Source: Octopus vulgaris
Lineage: Eukaryota
NCBI GenBank assembly: GCA_951406725.2
Contig: OX597823.1
Span: 43,400,001-43,464,000 of the forward strand
Reading direction: 5' to 3'
DNA length: 64,000 nt
The notes beneath the pieces are model-generated. The model saw nothing but the letters and a program-made list of their open reading frames with translations. It made no database searches and was not told where the DNA came from. The position numbers and the translations under genes were made by a program. Shown here one piece after another: positions 55,668 to 64,000 of the stretch (its first letter is position 1; each line of letters opens with the position of its first letter).

Positions 55668-57499
55668 ATATATATATACATACATATGTATATAGTCAAA
55701 TCGAATAAACGAACATTAAAAATAACAATAACAAGTAACAAGAGGACGTGCACATGAGATGTATCTGTTTGACGCTCGGTAAAAAGAGGGAGATTTTGAT
55801 GTTTCGTGCATAGCTCTTCGCCGGAAAGTAAAAAGGAGAAGTCGAAACTAGGAAACATTCACACGTCAGTTTTTATCTGTACTAAATTAAGATCCAGCTT
55901 TCCATACTTTTATAGGTTTGTATAGGGATAGGGACAAATGCTTTCTTACTGCTGAAACGTTTTCTGTTAATCTTTCTGGCTACGTGGAAAATTGAAGCAA
56001 CTTAATCTTTCTCTAAGAAGAATATGAGTGCCCTGCACGTTATCTTTGACATTTCTTCTGGATTATACAATAACCGCAACGAAATCTTGCACTACCTACA
56101 CCGAGAATTTACCCATCCTAGATCCATAATTAACGGAATAGTAAAGGAAATTTAATTACATTATCAGGATTATCCACGAATGAAAAAAAAAATTAGTTGC
56201 AATACTAGGGTGGATAACGAGAATGAAACTGTAGGTACTGATTTTGCTACACATAGCATAACAAAATGATGAATTTTCATACTGAAAAGAAAAATATAGA
56301 TAGGAAAATCACGTCTTTCTAGGTAAAAACATATAGAATATATTCTTTCTAGTCTCTACACAAATGATCTTCCCAACTTACTATGAATACTAGTTATTTA
56401 ATGAATATACTGTTAAGCTATCGTACTCTACCGTTTAATCCTAGCTCATAGCATTTCAGTTACTAATAAACATTGTTTTCTTAAAATTAAACATGCAATC
56501 AAGACCAAATGAATATTAATAGTGCATATCCTCAGAGCAATTCGCCCTTGACTTGTCTTAAGTCCATCCTACGTGAATTCGCTCTAAACATAATTAATGT
56601 TAGCCACACTTATAAATCACTCTTTAAGTATCGAAACAATAGTTTCTCGTGCAAACACCTTTGGAGGGGATGAACACTATATCCGCACCTATGAATATAA
56701 TTCGAACATAACTACTAATACAAGAGGAATAACTACTACTATAAAAATTACAACGTGAAACTCTAGGAAATAAAATGTTTACCTACTACACAGAAAGTGT
56801 CTGGTCAAAAACATACTGCATCACCAGTTTTAAATTAATAAGTATCAATAAATAATGGAATATGTAGGAAAGTAGGTTTTGTTCCGATATCCCAAGTTGT
56901 ACTGAGCGCTGTGATTGGTCGCTGGCTTAAGCTTCTGCGGCCTAAGCAGGATCTTTGACTGATCGCCGACTAGTTTTCTCACACACGAATTCGTGATAAG
57001 TTTACCGAATGGTGCTGGTGATAAGTGTATCAGTTACAAACGAGGATGGATGTACATACATGAAGTTCAGTTACATGTGCATGAACGAAAGAATACATTA
57101 GCTCTACAGCAATTGTTTTGTAGACGATTTTATACACATATCTAAAAATCTAGAATTGCTGTATTCCACTTGAGTTAGCGCCATAAATACAAAAATTTAA
57201 CATTGAGTATAGGTTGGAGTAGAGTATTCAAAAATTTGCAACTCTGTAAGCAGGTGAATGGAGGGCAAGCTAATACGCTAATATCCTACAAGAAGCCAAT
57301 GAAAATTTTACATAGTAACACACCTAAAATAAATGAAATGAGGTGGTCATCAATTCCAATCATAAGATTAATCATACTTTTAAACTATATAAAATTTAAG
57401 AAAAATTATATTAAGAACTAAATTTGCAATCGGATTCCAGGCGGGAAAAATATATCGCTCTCAACTCTGTACCATTATATCCGTTCGCGAATCATTTAT

Positions 57500-58425
57500 C
57501 TTCTTTCAGCAATTAGACTGTAGTCATGCTGGGGCAGCGCTATGAAAAATTTTTAGTTGAATGAATCAACACTTGTGTAAGCTTCTCATCACACAATCAC
57601 GCCTCCACTTATATCTTTTATCGTGTAACTTTTACTTGTTTCAGTCATTGACTGCCACCATCATGGGGTACCATTTTTAGGGTTTTAGTCGAACATATCG
57701 GTCATGGGCGTTACTTTTTTAAACCTAGTACTTATTCTATCGTGTCCTTTCCCGAACTGATAAGTTACGGTGATGTAAACACACCAATACAGGTTTACAA
57801 GACAAACACATAGATATATACATTTATATGTATGACGGATTACTTTTAGTTTCCGTCTACCAAATTTACTCACAAAGCTTTGGTCGGCCAAAAGCTATAG
57901 TAGAAGACACTCGACCTAAGTGCCACGCAGTGATACTGAACCCGACACCATGTGGTTGGATAGTAAGCTTCTAACCAGACAGACATGCCTGAACTTGTAT
58001 GTTTATTTCTTTTATTTTATTTTCCTCACTAATTGGATTGAAACCATACCGAGGCACCGCTTTGAAGATGTATCGGTATGTCCATAGAACTGATGCTTAT
58101 TTTTTAAGTGTGGCACGTCTCTTTACCGAACTGCTATTGTAGCTGAACGTAAGTAAACAAACACCAGTTGTCAAGTGGTGGTGGATTGCAAATTCAAGCA
58201 TACAGAAGCCAACGGACAAACACTCATATATATGTGTATATATATACATATATATATATACAATGGACTGGCTTCTATTCTGTTTCCATCTACCAAATTC
58301 ACTCACACAACATTGGTCCTTATGGCGCTATAGTAGAAGTTATTTGACCAAGGTGCCATGCGGTGGGACTGAACACAAAACTAACTCGATGTGAAGTAAT
58401 CTTCTTGACAAAACAGCCCATGTCT
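57500..58425 (-). mobile_element. Tandem antisense SINE family A copies (3' fragment about 57500-57575; full copies about 57629-57992 and 58005-58425)
   Basis: Reverse complements are colinear with 6594-7012. Confidence 0.85.
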
Positions 58426-58621
58426 GTTCTAGTTAGTATCTTTTTATTGTAATTCTATTTTTATTTTTATTTATATTATATATCGTACAATAATTCTAAA
58501 GTTTGGCAGTTTTAATTAAATATCAATGCAGCCTATTATATACAGTTATAATTAGCTCTGTAAGTTGATCTATGTGAATTCGATTATCTCTGAAATGTGC
58601 ATATACATCAAAGTCTATATT

Positions 58622-58779
58622 CTTTTCTACTATAGGCAAAAGGCCCGAAATGTTGGGGGAGGGGGCCAGTCGATTACATCGACCCCAGTGTGCAACTGGT
58701 ACTTAATTTATCGACCCCGAAAGGATGAAAGGCAAAGTCTAAATCGGTGGAATTTTAACTCAGAACGTAATGACAGATG
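58622..58779 (-). mobile_element. SINE family B, 5'-truncated
   Basis: cgattacatcgaccccagt...tatcgaccccgaaaggatgaaaggcaaagt...ctcagaacgtaa. Confidence 0.88.
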
Positions 58780-59245
58780 AATCGAAGTCTATATTCTATT
58801 ACCCATATATGTTCCTGTATTTAGATATAGCTGTGTGGTTGTAGAAAAGTCTATTATATATCTATATATATATAATTGTGTATGTGCATGTTTGCATGTG
58901 TGTCTGTATGTCTGTGTGTGTCTCTATGTGTCCTGTGATGGAATCTCCAGTCGATGATGACGTATAAGTGTTCAGTTCTTCGTGAATAACCTACACAAAT
59001 TCTTTGCTTTTGGTGACCAAATGTATATGCTCTACATTATTAGCTTATTCCCTCCATCAAATCGACGTTATCAGAAAAGATGCACGGTGTACCATACATT
59101 AGGTGGTGAAGTGATCCCAGAGCAATGTCAGATGAAATATTTTGCTTCAGAACACAATGCACCACCCAGTCCAGGAATTGATAGCATGAGCTCACGATCG
59201 TGAGTGTAACACCCTAAGTACAAGGTCATGCGCGCGCGCGACACG

Positions 59246-59286
<41 letters not shown>

Positions 59287-59357
59287 AGAGAGAGAGAGAG
59301 AGAGAGATATATATTTATATATATCAACAATAAAGGAACGCCATAATAGGCCATTCA

Positions 59358-59407
<50 letters not shown>

Positions 59408-60211
59408 ACAAAAGAGAGAGAGAATATATATATTTATATATATATACACAGAGGGAGAGAGAGATACATACACAGATGTATATGCGTATACTTCTATGTA
59501 TATAGGTATGTGTGTATATGGATATACATAATAATGTGTGTAGATGTCAGTATATATATTGTAAGTGGATATGTATGTATATATATTTGTATGTTAGAAT
59601 GTATGTATATGCGTGTGAGAACAAATAGACAGACAGACAGATAGACAGATGAGCAGAAAAATAAATAGATAGATGGTATGGGAGGGATAGGATATGGCAG
59701 GATAGGATAGGATATGGTAGGATGGGATACGATAAGCCAGGATAGGAGCTGCGTGAAGAGCCTCACATACAATAATCACTAAATAGTGAATTGGGGAATA
59801 GCTTATATGCGCAAGCTGTGAACAGTAATCTAAAAATGGAGAATGCATAATAGTTTTGCGTTTTTAATTTTCTAGCGGGATAGCACTGATGGCTATATTT
59901 TTTAATTCGTGCCAACATTACCCGATTTCGGGAAGAACGAAACTGATGCTTACAACAATAACACTGAAAACGATTTCGCTCTCATACGATCACTTAATTG
60001 ATCTCAAAATGTGTTTTATGGCATAATAATAAACAGAGCTTCTCACTCACTCTACCGCTATTAGATGGGAGATAATTATTTTTTCATAATATCTAGCGAG
60101 TTTAGAAATTTGAATTTGAAATTAATGAATAAAGAAAAAGTTGAATTGAATACACATATTTAATGGTTTGTTTACTTCTTACGAATTTTTGAAATTTGTC
60201 AATAGTAATCA

Positions 60212-60269
<58 letters not shown>

Positions 60270-61147
60270 TATTTCATTCCTTTTAGGAGTCATCAGTATG
60301 TTTTAACCTGAGATTTATATATATATCCCGCATTTTATGGAATGAGATATATGTCGTGAATCGAAAATAATTAGAGTCTGGCAGTTTCATTTTTATAGCG
60401 TTAAGTAATCTAGCAGTCAAGAGAAATGAGAAGGTTTTTTGATGTTAGACAGGCATGCTGATAAATGGTTTTTTGAGACATCTCAACCGCTAACTATGAA
60501 TGCTGAATCGTTCGACGTGTAGAAAACAACCAAATCTCATTAAATTACATGGTTGTTTTTTTACAGAGAAGACAGATATTGTGCTTTTATATATATCTCT
60601 AAATAAACGGAATAGTCCCTGATGAAATACCTTTATCAAAATATTGCTGGATGAGCATTCATGTGGGGGTGCGAAACAACTTCATCAACTACAATTATAC
60701 ATCAGCTATATCTGCATGTACATGGATACACTGAGGGCCAGTCATCTGCACAATAAACGTTTTAAAGTAAAATTATGCTATATAGCTTTATAGACAGACA
60801 TCAGTGACTAAAGAAAACTTTTATTGAATATTGTGTACACACATGAGAAATTACATTATATATAGCATCAGATATCAAATAGCTATATGTACTGATCGAT
60901 TATTCGTAAGGCACGTGACATTTATGATTGTGTATTTAGATTTAATGACTTCAGACATAGACGAAATGTGGATTGCGACGATGATATATCGTTTGCTAAT
61001 GTAAGTGACTGCATCATCTGGAAATTGCGTATGGCTTCCATTGACACAATATTTCGACATTTGTCAACATGACCTTTATGATTCTCGCTAAGGATGCAGA
61101 ACATTGCATCTATTTTACAGAGATATGATAAATTAAACAAGTGGTAA

Positions 61148-61244
<97 letters not shown>

Positions 61245-61246
<2 letters not shown>

Positions 61247-61394
61247 AATGAAAGAATGGAGTTGAACGACGAATTAACAAAATTCCTTTATTTTATTTTC
61301 GACATATGTTTCGAAGGCTGCATATTGAAACATATGTCGAAAATAGAATAAAGGAATTTTGTTAATTCTTCGTTCAACTCCATTCTTTCATTTA
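61245..61394. repeat. Near-perfect inverted repeat: 68-bp arms, 14-nt loop
   Basis: Arms 61245-61312 and 61327-61394 differ at 2 of 68 positions; abuts (TA)n at 61151-61246. Confidence 0.95.
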
Positions 61395-61593
61395 TTTATA
61401 TTTAAAAAAAAAACACACAAATTTCCACACGATAGCACATGATCTCTGCCCTAGGCATGTAGCTTCAACCGTGTTTTTCTGACGTGAATTTGCTACCCAG
61501 GTATCGGTTAACCGAATTATCCATAATAAGATAATTCATTCAACTACTCAATATATATATATATACACACACATACATACATACAAACATACA

Positions 61594-61624
<31 letters not shown>

Positions 61625-61926
61625 TTTTCTCTCCTTTTTTTCTTTCCTTGTTTTTTTTGTGTCCCTTTCTGTAGAAGAGCGTCGGCTCGAAACGTAAAAG
61701 ACTTTTTTCTATTCCTGAGCGTTATACTAATACATCTGTTTGTTTTGTACACTACTTGTCTTCGTCTTTTGTTTTTTCGTAAACTCTCCCTATACATACA
61801 TACATACATACATACATACATACATACATACATACATGCATACATACATATGGATACACGCATACACACACACTCATGTAAATTAATGAGTTGCATATTC
61901 GCAGTTAATATGTCGTGGTAGATAAA

Positions 61927-62140
61927 CGCGGTGAGCTGACTGAATCATTACCACATCGGACATAATGCTCAGGGTCATCTCTTCTAATTATGAGTTGTGA
62001 GTTCAAATGTCACCGGGGTTTACTTTCCCTTTCATTCGTTTCGAGTTCGATAAGATAAGTACCAGTTGATCACTGGTGTTGGTGTAATCGACTTATAACC
62101 TCTCCCGAAATTGCTGGTCTTATGCCAAAATTTGAAACCA
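61927..62140 (+). mobile_element. SINE family B, full-length, diverged
   Basis: gcggtgagctgactgaatcatta...gagttcaaatgtcacc...ataagtaccagttga.cactgg...aatttgaaacc. Confidence 0.85.
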
Positions 62141-62248
62141 ATATGTTCCGGCAGATTAGAAAGTGGATATGCTAAACGCAATTGTGTTTCAACATAGGCG
62201 AACAGCTTCTCCTTTCAGACACTTGTGTGCTCACAATACACTTGATTC

Positions 62249-62326
62249 ATTTGAGCAAGGGGCCTTTGGGACATCTGGTGTTTCGGCATCGTTCCACCTC
62301 GTCAGTCAAAGTCATCCAAGTCAAAT
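62249..62326 (-). ncRNA. Type I hammerhead ribozyme with intact catalytic core and extended stem I
   Basis: rc: atttga cttggatga ctttga CTGACGA ggt ggaacgat gcc GAAA ca ccaga t GTC ccaaag gccccttgc tcaaat; predicted cleavage between 62270 and 62269. Confidence 0.75.
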
Positions 62327-62469
62327 TAATTGGAGAATCTTTTGTGGTTCTTGTTTTATAATTTCAACGAATATAACTGTTTGCTGATCTGTACTGATAA
62401 CTACCAATCGAAAATAAATATTTACACGCATGGTAAACAATAAGAACGAAAAAAATGACATGTATATTC

Positions 62470-63068
62470 AGGCTTAATTCCTTCCAGTATATTTGAATAA
62501 TAATATGTCAATCGCTGTTTTGCCTCGTCAAACGAGAAATTTTGATGTTCACCGTATACATGACGATATATTATATAACAACAACAATAACAGCAACAAC
62601 AACAAAATAGATTAAGCATTGCCCTTTCACACAACCATTTATGTGAATTCTAATTATTACTTATGTCTGGCAATACCCTGTTCTTCAAATGAGCTGGGGA
62701 ATTCACCTTGATAGCAATATGAGCCAAACAGATATCACCGTTCCCATCAGTTGGTACTTTCCCATTTCCTAATTGGAGGAAGCAGGTTGAAAACTGTTTT
62801 GCACATTGGTCCCCATGATAAAGTAGCATTGGCACAGCACTTCTGCTGAACCTGAATCTTTGCTTATGTTACAACTTAGACTGTCACTTGCGACCAGGTT
62901 TAACAGTAATTTAAAAGCAGAATGAGCTGTTCGACCCCCTGTAAGAATGGTGGCAGCAAAGCCAGTCATCGGTACAGCAACTGCATTTTTTTTTGTTATT
63001 GCCTTACTTTGAAGATAAGTAGAGTTACAAATTTTTTTACGTGTGTCGCCAGGAGCATTAAGAAGGAA
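62470..63068 (-). pseudogene. Helitron RepHel PIF1-family helicase relic
   Basis: FLLNAPGDTRK (Walker A, cf. FFLDAPGGTGKT), AVAVPMTGFAATILTGGRTAHSAFKL, CNISK.S, FLQLGNG, WLCERAM. Confidence 0.85.
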
Positions 63069-63386
63069 ATTTCTTTCCGAGCTGAGATACCGTCGTAATC
63101 ACCAATAGACTCATCCAACTCTTTCCAAATCCTCGACAATGTCCTCAGATTGACACTCAAACACTCTGAAATGTTCATTTTGGAGCTTCCGGCGCGAAGG
63201 CCAAGCAGTACATCATGTCGTTTCCAAATATCCGGCAGAGTGAATTGCATCATGGTGCTGTTTTTCTCGCAGACGGTGCCCATCTGACCGTACTATACTG
63301 TGTAGTCGACAAAATCAAAAACGAACAATGCGCAAGCGCAAAATTAAAAATATGAATTGGCAACAAATTAGCAATCGCAGCCTGCA
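63069..63386 (-). mobile_element. maT-like transposon 5' end (TIR plus transposase N-terminus)
   Basis: TIR-like caggctgcgattgctaatttg next to (TA)n; MMQFTLPDIWKRHDVLLGLRAG...ISECLSVNLRTLSRIWKEL looks like an HTH N-terminus. Confidence 0.65.
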
Positions 63387-63420
63387 TATATATATATATA
63401 TATATATACGCGCGCAATAG

Positions 63421-63472
<52 letters not shown>

Positions 63473-64000
63473 CCTTGTGTGTATAGAGCTGATGTAGAAC
63501 TAATAGTATTTAAGCATTTTACTATGACTGACAGCGACCTTTTAATCAAGTTTGCTTTCGGTGAGAAGCGAAACCCTATTCTGACTCAACTCACGAAGAA
63601 CTTACCGCCTGACCAAGTTGATCACCATAAATAGAACAAATTATGAAAGAGAAATAAAGCTTCAAAAGCGCTCAAAATAAACATCAGAAAAACTAATTAT
63701 AATCATGTGCAACAGCCTATCCAGCCCTGCCTGTCATCATCAACAACGCTAATGATATCAATAATACCAAAAGTAACAATAAAAGCTAAACAACCAACAA
63801 GTTTAACATGAAAGCCATGTCTAAAGTAGTTATGAAATAAGAGGCAGCACCAATAATTAAAGTATAATAATCATTATTTTCCGAAAAGAGACGAATTTTT
63901 CAGATCTCTTTCTTCTAAAGCAGCTGAAAGTAGTGGGTGATGGAGTAAAGATAGGAAGTGAAAATAATGACTGGCGCTGAGCCATCTGTTTTGTGCGGTC

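Noticed and set aside
60907-60915. TAAGGCACG, the start of miR-124
   Set aside because: Only 9 nt match and there is no hairpin.
63599-63700. Minus-strand consensus donor GCG|GTAAGT at 63606/63605
   Set aside because: No recognisable coding frame or acceptor upstream; cannot be supported without transcript data.

Overview
AT-rich, microsatellite-saturated animal DNA, intronic or intergenic. The SINE families match, from memory, those of Octopus, so an octopod cephalopod is my inference. I can support no intact host protein-coding gene, rRNA, tRNA or CRISPR array. Almost all ORFs in the track are translations of (TA)n, (CA)n, (CATA)n, (GATA)n or trinucleotide tracts. The recognisable content is decayed mobile DNA: three tRNA-derived SINE families (about 30 copies or fragments), a full-length degenerate DD34D mariner (34868-36096), other Tc1/mariner relics, RTE, CR1 and R4/Dong LINE fragments, four Penelope-like (GIY-YIG) relics, Helitron pieces and a probable hAT MITE. 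The most interesting signal is RNA-structural: several type I hammerhead ribozyme (HHR) motifs. Two are Penelope-type (13624-13694, 34586-34662). One has a fully intact catalytic core and an extended stem I (62249-62326, minus strand) and lies between Helitron-like relics rather than in a Penelope. There is also a near-perfect 68-bp foldback built from a Penelope-type terminal repeat, an RTE with twin-priming-like inversion, and tandem Helitron 3' ends. All calls are by eye; no database search or folding program was run.
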